This document shows, one piece after another, positions 54,065 through 64,000 of a stretch of 64,000 bases of DNA. Each line of letters opens with the position of its first letter. Within the stretch, counting starts at the first letter, position 1. This DNA comes from an uncultured Nitrospinota bacterium (lineage in GTDB: Bacteria; Tectomicrobia; Entotheonellia; J063; CAVPRW01). The stretch is taken from the NCBI GenBank assembly GCA_963707985.1, contig CAVPRW010000023.1, positions 128,001-192,000 on the forward strand, read 5' to 3'. Both the position numbers and the translations under genes were made by a program. The notes beneath the pieces were generated by a model. It worked only from the letters and a program-made list of their open reading frames with translations, was not told the DNA's origin and did no database searches.

Positions 54065-54313
54065 TCAACTCGCCTCCAGGTCGCTCAATTCATTCATCTG
54101 GCGGAGGTATTCAAATACCTCTTGTGCTGCCGTTTCGTCCAACGTGCTGATGGCGAAGCCGACATGCACAAGAACGTAGTCGCCGATGTGCGCCTCGGGA
54201 ACATAAGCGAGATTGACTTCTTTGACGATCCCGCCAAACCCCACTCTGCCAGTTCGCATGAGTGGCTCTGCATCGCTGATGCTAATGATCTTGCCGGGAA
54301 CCGCCAGACACAT
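54065..54313 (-). CDS. hypC: Hydrogenase chaperone HypC
   Basis: MCLAVPG..VLVHVGFA. Confidence 0.97.
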   Translation of the reverse strand: MCLAVPGKIISISDAEPLMRTGRVGFGGIVKEVNLAYVPEAHIGDYVLVHVGFAISTLDETAAQEVFEYLRQMNELSDLEAS

Positions 54314-54324
54314 AGTGTTCTCCC

Positions 54325-56679
54325 TTAGTCCGGTTGCCTCACATCATCCTGGCTACTGCGCCGTTCACGGGTTGCCGCCGCGATCTGTCCTAGGGCGATG
54401 CCGCCATCGTTTGGTGGGATGCGTTGATGCCAGTAGGGCGAAAAGTGTGCCTTTCTGAGTCGTTGGATGGCACGCTCGAGCAAATATCTGTTCTGAAAAC
54501 AGCCCCCTGTCAGGAGGACGCGCTCGTCGCCGACCCGCGCCGCCACGCTGACGATGGCCTCGACAAGGGCGTTATGAAATTTTGCTGCCATAAGCCCTAC
54601 CGCGGCCTGCTGTTGCATCTCCTCGACGATCGCCCGCACCATGGGTCCCCAGTCGAGCGTGCTAAGCGCATCGGTTGTCCCCCCTTCCACAAGCGGCAAC
54701 GGGTAGGCTTCATCCGTGTCGAACCCATCGAGCGCAAACTCGAGATCCATCGCCGCTTGGGCCTCGAAACTGCTCCGCAAACGTAGCCCGAGGATGCCAG
54801 CGATGGCGTCGAACAGGCGGCCGACGCTGGACGTCACAGGAGTATTGAGGTGGCGTTTCAACATGATTTGCACATTCGTCTGTTCCACGGGCGAGAATGC
54901 CTGCAGCACTGGAAGCGCACTCAGCGCAAATGTCGCCTCGCCAAAGATTTCGTGTAAGAGCCCAACTGCCATCCGTCTGGGCTCTCGAATCGCCTTTTCC
55001 CCTCCAGGCATAGGGAATGTCCGCAGATGGGCGACTCGCTGCCAGGAATCGGCGCTGACGCGCAAGAATTCTCCGCCCCAAATGGTCCCATCGAGCCCGT
55101 AGCCCGTGCCATCCCAGGCGACACCCAACACGGGACCCTCAAGCGCGTTCTCGGCCATGCAGGATAACACATGGGCGTAGTGGTGCTGCACGCGCACGAT
55201 CGGCAGGCCAGATCGTTGCGCCCATCGCGTGGACACAAAATCCGGATGGGCGTCACAGGCGACGGCCGTTGGCTGAAAATCATAGAGCCGCTCAAAGTTG
55301 GCGATCGTTTCGCACCACGCCTCCAATGCTTGGGGCGTGTCCAGGTCACCGACATGCTGGCTGACCAACACATCGCTGCCTATGGGCACGGCGATAGTGG
55401 TCTTCAGGTGTGCCCCCAGCGCCAGGGTCGAGGCCGACGTCGCGGTCAGATGGATAGCAAGCGGTGCATACCCACGCCCCCCGCGTAGCACCATCTCGCG
55501 ACCGAAGATGACGCGCACCACACTGTCATCTACCGACTGGGCGATGGGGCGATTGTGGACGAGAAAGACTCCAGCAATGCCATGCAAGCGAGCGAGGGCC
55601 TCAGCCTCATCGATGCACATAGGTTCATCCGAGATATTGCCACTGGTGGCTACCACCGGGGAGCCTAATGCGGCCATGAGGAGATGATGGAGCGGCGTGT
55701 AGGGTAGCATGATGCCCAGATATGGGTTATGCGGCGCGACGACAGGAGCAATCGCGTCTGCTGGCTGACCAGACCGGCGTCGTAGGAGGACGATCGGGGC
55801 TGCTGGAGAACACAGCAGGCGGGCCTCCTGCGCTGACACGACGCAGGCGGCCTGCACGGACGCCAACGTCGGATACATCAGGGCGAACGGCTTATCCGGG
55901 CGATGTTTGCTCTGACGCAGCCGCAGGATCGCGTCCTGCTGATGGGCATCGACGATTAAATGAACCCCCCCGAGACCCTTCACCGCCACGACCACGCCGC
56001 GGCGGATCGCCTCGACGGTGGCCCAGAAGGCCTCGTCGTGCGTCGCGAGCACCGTACCGTGCGGATCCCACAGCTCCAGGTGGGGGCCGCACGCAGGGCA
56101 GGCATTGGGTTGCGCATGGAAGCGTCGGTCCAGGGGCTCGTCGTACTCGGCTCGACAGTGTTCGCACATGACAAACGGCTGCATCGTGGTGTGGACGCGA
56201 TCGTAGGGCAGCGCTTGAATGATGCTGAAGCGAGGGCCGCAATCGGTGCAGTTGGTAAAGGGATAGCGATAACGCCGATCGCGTGGGTCGAAGATCTCAC
56301 GCCGACACCGGTCGCAGGTCGCGATATCCGGCAGGACCATGGCGGTCTTGTGGCCTTCGGTCTCGCTGTCACGTATGGCGAAGGTGGTATACCCGACGGG
56401 CGCGAGCCACTTCGTGTCGCAGTGCTGGATCTGTGACTGCGGCGGTAGCTCGCGTGGCAGGCGGACCAGGAACTGTTGGAGAGTTACCTGACTCCCCTCC
56501 GCCTCGATGATCACACCCTGCACTCCATTACTGACCCACCCCTTAAGCCCCAGCGCTTGCGCCAGGCGATACGTAAAGGGACGAAAGCCGACCCCCTGCA
56601 CCGTGCCGCGAATCGTCAGGCGCAGCCGTTGCAACGTTGCCTCATCCCCGAGAGCCTGAGGTGGAACCGCACCCAACAT
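54325..56679 (-). CDS. hypF: Carbamoyltransferase HypF
   Basis: GTVQGVGFRPF, two zinc fingers, QHHYAH, DGTGYG, NDGGIALGQ. Confidence 0.97.
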   Translation of the reverse strand: MLGAVPPQALGDEATLQRLRLTIRGTVQGVGFRPFTYRLAQALGLKGWVSNGVQGVIIEAEGSQVTLQQFLVRLPRELPPQSQIQHCDTKWLAPVGYTTFAIRDSETEGHKTAMVLPDIATCDRCRREIFDPRDRRYRYPFTNCTDCGPRFSIIQALPYDRVHTTMQPFVMCEHCRAEYDEPLDRRFHAQPNACPACGPHLELWDPHGTVLATHDEAFWATVEAIRRGVVVAVKGLGGVHLIVDAHQQDAILRLRQSKHRPDKPFALMYPTLASVQAACVVSAQEARLLCSPAAPIVLLRRRSGQPADAIAPVVAPHNPYLGIMLPYTPLHHLLMAALGSPVVATSGNISDEPMCIDEAEALARLHGIAGVFLVHNRPIAQSVDDSVVRVIFGREMVLRGGRGYAPLAIHLTATSASTLALGAHLKTTIAVPIGSDVLVSQHVGDLDTPQALEAWCETIANFERLYDFQPTAVACDAHPDFVSTRWAQRSGLPIVRVQHHYAHVLSCMAENALEGPVLGVAWDGTGYGLDGTIWGGEFLRVSADSWQRVAHLRTFPMPGGEKAIREPRRMAVGLLHEIFGEATFALSALPVLQAFSPVEQTNVQIMLKRHLNTPVTSSVGRLFDAIAGILGLRLRSSFEAQAAMDLEFALDGFDTDEAYPLPLVEGGTTDALSTLDWGPMVRAIVEEMQQQAAVGLMAAKFHNALVEAIVSVAARVGDERVLLTGGCFQNRYLLERAIQRLRKAHFSPYWHQRIPPNDGGIALGQIAAATRERRSSQDDVRQPD

Positions 56680-56682
56680 CCG

Positions 56683-56946
56683 TCAGCCCTCCACCTCCAC
56701 ACGATCCAGCAGAATGTCTTGAGCATGCGGGTCGGACACGTCTGTGCCGATTTCGATCAGGACCCGAGCGCCATCGAGGGCTGTCCCTCGGCAAGCCTGC
56801 GCAAAATGTTCACGCAGGTGCTGCGCCGACACATGGGCAAGCGCACCCACCTTGATCGTCACGTCGATGATCTGAGCGGGATATTGTTCGCGTGCGATGG
56901 CGTCCAGTTTGCGCATGAGATCTGCCATCAGGGACAATTCGTGCAT
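56683..56946 (-). CDS. hypA: Short HypA nickel metallochaperone lacking the CxxC zinc sites
   Basis: MHELSL N-terminus; 87 aa; no CxxC pairs. Confidence 0.85.
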   Translation of the reverse strand: MHELSLMADLMRKLDAIAREQYPAQIIDVTIKVGALAHVSAQHLREHFAQACRGTALDGARVLIEIGTDVSDPHAQDILLDRVEVEG

Positions 56947-57391
56947 CGGACCTCCTGGAGGATGCGTTCGACGACTGCCGGAACGACCCGTTCTAGCTCC
57001 GGCGACAGCCCGACCCCGGCGTCCCAACTCCCGGCTTCGATGCCATATACGAGCACACGTGGGGGCAATTGCCTTAAGACCCTCGCCAGCTCGATGGCCT
57101 CAGCCACACCAAAGGCATGTGTCGAACCATGAAACCATGTCGTCGGGATCGGACCCGCCTGCGCATCAAAGCGGTGGATCGTCCCCGGCTGGGCCCCGGA
57201 AACAACGGCATCGATGACGATCACCGTGTCGGTTTTGTCCCACAATTCTATCAATGCGAACGTCTCCCGCGACTGTTCCACAACTCGTACTTGCGCCGGC
57301 GCCTGATCTTTGAGGAGCCGCGCCACCATCGGCCCCACCCCGTCATCGCCGCGAAAGAGATTACCGATGCCAATGACGACGATGGTGGCGG

Positions 57392-57395
<4 letters not shown>
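56928..57395 (-). CDS. Hydrogenase maturation endopeptidase
   Basis: [23 protein letters not shown]. Confidence 0.95.
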
Positions 57396-58670
<1,275 letters not shown>

Positions 58671-58681
<11 letters not shown>

Positions 58682-59451
58682 GGTCTTCACTCGCTTGCCG
58701 AAACGCCTCGGCGTTGGCATTGAAGCTACGAAAGGCACGCATGAGATCAGGCTTCGGGACCCCGAGACTGCCCCACCACTGGCTCAAGGATTGGGTATTG
58801 GGTGTTTCCTTAGGACCAAAGCAGCCATAGCAGCCCCGATTGTATGCCGGGCAGAGTGCACCACAACCGGCGTGCGTCACCGGCCCCAGACATGGTGTGC
58901 CATGGGCGACCATGACGCAGACCACGCCGCGTCGCTTGCATTCGATACAGACGCTGTGTGGCGGTGTATGCGGTTTGCGTCCGTGCAAAAACGCGCTGAT
59001 GACCTCCAGCAATTGATGTTTGTTGATAGGGCAGCCGTGCAATTCAAAATCGACGCGCACATGCGCGGCGATCGGCGTTGACGTCGCCAGCGTGTCGATA
59101 TATGCCGGCGTCGCGTACACGATGGCGACGAACTCTTGCACATCCTTGAAATTGCGCAACGCCTGGATGCCCCCGGAGGTGGCACACGCCCCGATAGTCA
59201 CCAGGAACTTCGAGGCTCGGCGCACGCTGTTGGATGCGCTCCGCATCATGAGGCGTGGTAATCGAGCCCTCGACCAGGGAGAGGTCGTATGGGCCCCTGA
59301 GTGTCGCACGCGAAGCCTCGACGAAGTAGGCGATCTCCACCTGGTCCGCCACCATCAATAGTTCATCTTCGCAGTCCAGCAGACTCAACTGGCAGCCATC
59401 GCAAGAGGCAAATTTCCAGACAGCCAGCTTCGGTTTGCGCCGTTTAGCCAT
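58671..59451 (-). CDS. Group 3b [NiFe]-hydrogenase small (delta) subunit; frameshift near 59230
   Basis: [17 protein letters not shown], then [28 protein letters not shown]. Confidence 0.92.
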
Positions 59452-59452
59452 C

Positions 59453-60313
59453 TTACACCTCACGCTTGCCGAACCAGGGCTGAATTCGGTCATAGCGTAA
59501 CACGGGGCCATCCTTGCACATAAAGGTGGGTCCAAACTGGCAGTGCCCGCAAAACCCGACGGCGCATTGCATGTTGCGCTCCATCGACAGCCAGATATGC
59601 TCCGGCCCAACGCCGCGTTTCAGGAGCTCATGCACTGTGAAACGCATCATGATTTCAGGGCCACACATCATCACGGTGGTGCTCAATGGCTCGAACTCGA
59701 TTCTGGGGATGAGCCTAGTCACTACCCCCACATGGCCGGACCACTCGCCTATCGAGCTATCCACGGTGACCTGCACATCGAGGTCAAAGCGTCCACGCCA
59801 GCGTTCGAGCTCACGGCGATAGAGCAGGTCCTGAGGGGTCCGTGTCCCATAGAGCAGAACGATTTTGCCATACCGCTGGCGATTCGCCAGCAGAAAATAT
59901 ACCACCGGCCGCAACGGCGCCAAGCCGATCCCGCCGGCGACGATGATGACGTCGTTCCCTGACGCTTCCTCGACCGGCCAGCGGCTGCCAAACGGGCCAC
60001 GCACCCCCACGAAGTCGCCGCGTTTCAAAGCACGTATGGCCCTGGTCACCGTCCCAACCGCACGGATGGTGTACACCAGGAGGGGTGGGGCCACCCCATC
60101 GCCAGTGCGTGTCGGATCTCCACTGATGGAAATCGGGACCTCTCCCACGCCGAAGACGTACATCATCGTGAATTGGCCGGGAGCAAAGGAAACACCGCTA
60201 TTACCGGACATCGGTTCGAGGGTGATGGTGAACGTATCACGGGTTTCCCGCCGCATGCGACTGAGACGATAGGGTTGAGGGCACATGGGGTCTAGAGGAT
60301 GCGTAGCCATCAC
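59453..60313 (-). CDS. Group 3b hydrogenase FAD/NAD(P)-binding (gamma) subunit
   Basis: [39 protein letters not shown]. Confidence 0.95.
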   Translation of the reverse strand: MMATHPLDPMCPQPYRLSRMRRETRDTFTITLEPMSGNSGVSFAPGQFTMMYVFGVGEVPISISGDPTRTGDGVAPPLLVYTIRAVGTVTRAIRALKRGDFVGVRGPFGSRWPVEEASGNDVIIVAGGIGLAPLRPVVYFLLANRQRYGKIVLLYGTRTPQDLLYRRELERWRGRFDLDVQVTVDSSIGEWSGHVGVVTRLIPRIEFEPLSTTVMMCGPEIMMRFTVHELLKRGVGPEHIWLSMERNMQCAVGFCGHCQFGPTFMCKDGPVLRYDRIQPWFGKREV

Positions 60314-60319
60314 ATAACC

Positions 60320-60787
60320 TCAGGAACGTATGCCATAGACGTCCAGGAGCTGTAACCGTGAGGCTTGTAGGCGATCGATAATCACCTGAGCGAACCGCTT
60401 GACCATCACATAACCCAAGCTATGGTCCTCATCGCATTTGGTGCGTAGGCATTTCCCATCTAACGCGATGGCGCGCGTCAGCTCAAGGGCACGGGCATCA
60501 AAGAGCCACCGGTAGGGCGGAAAGAGCCACGACCAGCCGAGGACCTCACCCGCTCCCAGGGTTTGAATGGTGAGCACCCCGCGCTCGGGGGCGAATAATT
60601 CTAATGCTACCTTACCCTGGCGGATAATGTAAAACTGGTTGGCCTCCTGGCCTTCACGGAAGATGTACGCCCCAGCGTCGAAGCGTACGTTGGACGCACA
60701 GCCGACGATGATGCCCAGATGACGGGGATCGAGGTCCTTCAGGAAAGGATGCTGTGCCAGGATAGGCTCAAGCGTTTGGGTTTGCAT
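60320..60787 (-). CDS. Stand-alone cyclic-nucleotide-binding domain protein
   Basis: [30 protein letters not shown]; no HTH. Confidence 0.9.
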   Translation of the reverse strand: MQTQTLEPILAQHPFLKDLDPRHLGIIVGCASNVRFDAGAYIFREGQEANQFYIIRQGKVALELFAPERGVLTIQTLGAGEVLGWSWLFPPYRWLFDARALELTRAIALDGKCLRTKCDEDHSLGYVMVKRFAQVIIDRLQASRLQLLDVYGIRS

Positions 60788-61970
60788 GGGGTGTCCCCTT
60801 TGCGCTGGGGGTCGTTGCTCCATCGCTGTCTCGGATGGCACGAACCTCTTCGGTGATATCGATTGCCACCGGGCACCAGGTGATGCAACGCCCGCATCCG
60901 ACGCAGCCCGAGGTGCCGAACTGGTCAATCCAGGTGGCCAACTTGTGCGTCAGCCATTGTCGATAGCGTCCTTTCGGCGAGGAGCGGACGCTGCCGCCGT
61001 GGATGTAGGAGAAGTCGACGTTGAAGCATGAGTCCCACGTCCGCCAGCGCTCAGCATGCTCACCCGTCAGGTCGGTGACATCTTCGGTAGTCGTACAAAA
61101 ACAGGTTGGACACACCATCGTACAGTTGGCACAGGTCAGGCAGCGCGCCGCCACCTCCTCCCAGCGCGGATGCTCGTAGTTGCGGTACAGCAAGGGTTTG
61201 ATGTCGGTGGTATCGAGGGTACGCCCCATCTGGGTGGCAGTCTGCGCCACAATAGCTCCAGCGGCCTGTCGCGCCTCAGCCGTCGCTGGCTGGTGAGGGA
61301 TTTCCTGGAGTATCTCTGCACCTAATGGGGTACCCACTTCGACGACGAAATAATGCTGTTCGGCGTTCAGTACCTCCGTCACCGCCAGGTCAAACCCGAA
61401 CGTCGCCTGTGGCCCGGTCTTCATGGACACGCAAAAACAGGTTCCGCCGGCCTGTCCGCAGTTGACCGCGACGATAAACACCGCCTCACGTCTCCCCTGG
61501 TAGGTGGGATCGACGTACGATCCCTGCACGAAGACTTTATCCTGCACGGCGATGGCGTGCAGCTCGCACGAGCGCACGCCGATGAAGGCGAGTTTCGGTG
61601 GTGTCTCCCGCTCCGGCACGATCTGCACACTGCTCCCCTGGCGCTGCGCTTGCCAGAGCCGGACGGTCGGCGGCAGCAGGTACTTTTTCCACGAATGTGG
61701 GCCGACGGCATAGCCAAACAGCGCCTGATCAGGGCGCTTCTTCAGCCGATAGGTGCCACCATCCTGCTCGTCCGTCCAGCCTACGGGCAGATCAGCGGTC
61801 GTGTCCAGCTCGTCATAGACAATGGCGCCGTCGCCTATCGTGGGTCCAACCACCTGATAGCCCCGCTTGTGCAGGGCTGCAAGCAGTTCCTGAAGATGTG
61901 GGACTGCGATGACGGCGTGGTCTCCAATGGTTAGAGAAAGCTTTTCCATCGAACCTCCATCACTCAGCAT
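60768..61970 (-). CDS. Group 3b hydrogenase 4Fe-4S (beta) subunit
   Basis: [35 protein letters not shown]. Confidence 0.95.
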   Translation of the reverse strand: MLSDGGSMEKLSLTIGDHAVIAVPHLQELLAALHKRGYQVVGPTIGDGAIVYDELDTTADLPVGWTDEQDGGTYRLKKRPDQALFGYAVGPHSWKKYLLPPTVRLWQAQRQGSSVQIVPERETPPKLAFIGVRSCELHAIAVQDKVFVQGSYVDPTYQGRREAVFIVAVNCGQAGGTCFCVSMKTGPQATFGFDLAVTEVLNAEQHYFVVEVGTPLGAEILQEIPHQPATAEARQAAGAIVAQTATQMGRTLDTTDIKPLLYRNYEHPRWEEVAARCLTCANCTMVCPTCFCTTTEDVTDLTGEHAERWRTWDSCFNVDFSYIHGGSVRSSPKGRYRQWLTHKLATWIDQFGTSGCVGCGRCITWCPVAIDITEEVRAIRDSDGATTPSAKGTPHANPNA

Positions 61971-62112
61971 TACAAGCGATAATAGCGGTATTCCTGCTCT
62001 CTCCCGGCTCCTGGTCCGAGGTCAACGCTACCTGCCATGCAGCGGCACGGCATTCCGTCGCAACTGCAATGTTCAGGCTTCTCCTAATCCTTCCGCGCAT
62101 GCGTATCCGCGG

Positions 62113-62532
62113 TCATTTGACGAGTAACACGGGGCATTGTGAGAGAATACCGATTTTGTAGCTCAATGTCCCCCATCCTGCCCCGGGATTTTTGAGATCG
62201 ATACGATGCGAGCTGAGCACGATCAGATCAACTCCCATTTCCGTGGCATAGCGGACGATCTCCTCGGCGCGATTGCCAAAGATAATCTCTTCACGTTTCG
62301 GCACATGCCTTTCTTCCAGTCGGCGTCCAAACCGGGTGAGATGATCCCGCGCGGCAGTCTCGATACGCTCATAAAAGTCCCGCTCCTCCTCGACCCACAA
62401 ACCTGGGATGACCTCCACCACATGCAACAGGATGACTTGGCCATCGTTTTCACTCGCCAGATTCGCAGCGATTTCGATGGCTTGCTGGTGGGTATCCGAC
62501 AAATCTACTGGCACAAGGATCTTCTGGAACAC
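62113..62532 (-). CDS. Universal stress protein
   Basis: FQKILVPVDLS..DLIVLSSH..CPVLLVK; GTG start after AAGGAG-like RBS. Confidence 0.9.
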   Translation of the reverse strand: MFQKILVPVDLSDTHQQAIEIAANLASENDGQVILLHVVEVIPGLWVEEERDFYERIETAARDHLTRFGRRLEERHVPKREEIIFGNRAEEIVRYATEMGVDLIVLSSHRIDLKNPGAGWGTLSYKIGILSQCPVLLVK

Positions 62533-62852
62533 CGGCGTCCTCTCTTTCTTCGTCGATCGTCGATCATGGTTGTTCGACCCCACACACGATCTTGCAGGAA
62601 CAGAGCAAGGGCCGTGCCTGAAAGGCCGTGGCAGGCATCCATGGATGGCCTGCAGGGGAGCCACCGCCGAGTTGCTTCATGCAGTTGTAGGATTCAGAGT
62701 TGGGACATTCTGTCACAAAGCAGGTCATTGTGTCTCGCATCCATGTTGGCGTCGAGAGGCAGGATCAACCTCCACCAGAAGTGTCAATGAGGCTCAAGTC
62801 CTCGCCCACTGCCGGGTGACAGACGAGGTTCACCAAGGAAAGGTAGGGGATT

Positions 62853-64000
62853 CTACAACGTGGGCCTGACGACCGTGCGGCGGTCCACAGCGTCGGTCAA
62901 CTCGTGCAGAGCCAGGGCAATGGAGACCACGTAGGGACTTTCTACCTGAAGCTGCCGTAGATGGTCCGGTAGACAAGCCAGTTGGGATGCGGCGTATTGT
63001 CGGACCTCGGACAACGGGGGCGACGGATGCAGGCGTTGGCCAGCGCGCATGACGACCTGGAGCAAAGGCTCGCCCGGCTGCGGATCATCTTCGATAGTCA
63101 GGATATCGCCAGCCATGCGTCGGTCAGGACCCAGTTGGCGGAACACCTGCTTACGACCGGGCCAGGTGGCTTTCCCCGTTGAGAGTTTGCGGCGCGCCCG
63201 CCCGGCATACTCTTGCAGTTTGTAGACACAGTCGAGGTATGGCACGTCAACCGAGGTGTCCAAACGTGTCCCAATGGCGAAATCATCGATGGGAGCCCCC
63301 GCCTCCACCAGGGTTCGTACCGCCTCCTCATCGAGGTTACTGCTAACCAGGATACGCACCTCCTCAAGCCCTCCGGCATCGAGAATGCCGCGGACTTTGT
63401 AGGAGAGATCCGCCAAATCCCCGCTGTCGAGGCGTACCCCCTTGATGCGAATGCCCTTCTGGCGCAGGCGAGGGGCGAGGGCAACGACTTTCTCAGCAGC
63501 GGCTTCCGTATCATAGGTATCGATCAGGAGGACGACATTTTCCGGCTGGGCATACGCAAAATGCTCGAACGCTTCTGCTTCAGCATCATGCGCCTGGACC
63601 AACGAATGCGCCATGGTGCCATATAACGGTACGCCATAGAGGAATCCCGCGAGCACTGTTGCCGAGCCGGCAAACCCCGCCAGGTAGCTGGCACGGGCGG
63701 CCAGTAGCCCTGCTTCGGCACCATGCGCGCGGCGTAGTCCAAAATCAATCAAGCCCTTGCCGCGGGCGACCAGGACTGCGCGTGCCGCTTTCGAGGCGAT
63801 CAACGTCTGGAAATGCAGCAGATTGATTAGGCGCGTTTCTACGAGCTGCGCTTGTGGGATGGGGGCGGTCACGCGGATGATGGGTTCTGCCGCAAAGAAA
63901 ATCGTCCCCTCCGGCATGGCATGGACATCTCCGGTGAACCGGAGGCGCTCCAAGTAATCGATGAAATCCCGACTGAAGCGCCCACTCTGGGCTAGCCATT
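62853..64000 (-). CDS. pncB: Nicotinate phosphoribosyltransferase (5' end outside the window)
   Basis: DFGLRRAHG, GTMAHS, LIDTYD, VRLDSGD, VYKLQEY. Confidence 0.93.
   Translation of the reverse strand, partial: WLAQSGRFSRDFIDYLERLRFTGDVHAMPEGTIFFAAEPIIRVTAPIPQAQLVETRLINLLHFQTLIASKAARAVLVARGKGLIDFGLRRAHGAEAGLLAARASYLAGFAGSATVLAGFLYGVPLYGTMAHSLVQAHDAEAEAFEHFAYAQPENVVLLIDTYDTEAAAEKVVALAPRLRQKGIRIKGVRLDSGDLADLSYKVRGILDAGGLEEVRILVSSNLDEEAVRTLVEAGAPIDDFAIGTRLDTSVDVPYLDCVYKLQEYAGRARRKLSTGKATWPGRKQVFRQLGPDRRMAGDILTIEDDPQPGEPLLQVVMRAGQRLHPSPPLSEVRQYAASQLACLPDHLRQLQVESPYVVSIALALHELTDAVDRRTVVRPTL

Noticed and set aside
62700..62719. TGGGAC-N5-GTCACA palindrome as a CRP/FNR site upstream of the USP/hydrogenase genes
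   Set aside because: The spacing does not fit TGTGA-N6-TCACA or TTGAT-N4-ATCAA, and there is only one instance.

Overview
A GC-rich bacterial contig. The LLM monooxygenases, amidohydrolase, hydantoinases and IS types suggest a Candidatus Tectomicrobia/Entotheonella-like organism; this is inference only. The window has four blocks. (1) 1-12.4 kb is a decaying defence region: a restriction-endonuclease/STAND-type gene missing its NTPase core, toxin-antitoxin (TA)-like pairs, a three-gene PLD-nuclease / unknown / SNF2-helicase operon, a SmaI-like R-M remnant and integron attC sites. (2) 12.7-31.7 kb holds catabolic genes and a copCD cluster. (3) 32-42.3 kb is a mobile-element graveyard built on two divergent attC cassette arrays with no integron integrase in the window. 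Nearly every attC is occupied by a different element: a group IIC intron, an ORF-less non-canonical group II-like intron, an inverted tyrosine-recombinase + IS91 element, and an IS110. The cassettes carry TA modules and a DUF4157 (eCIS-associated) protein. (4) 43.6-64 kb is a minus-strand low-oxygen island: nrfHA, a P-type ATPase, a GNAT/acyl-CoA ligase, hypEDCFA, a group 3b [NiFe]-hydrogenase, a USP and pncB. Several isolated single frameshifts in otherwise intact genes may be sequencing errors. All family assignments come from motif recognition, not database searches.
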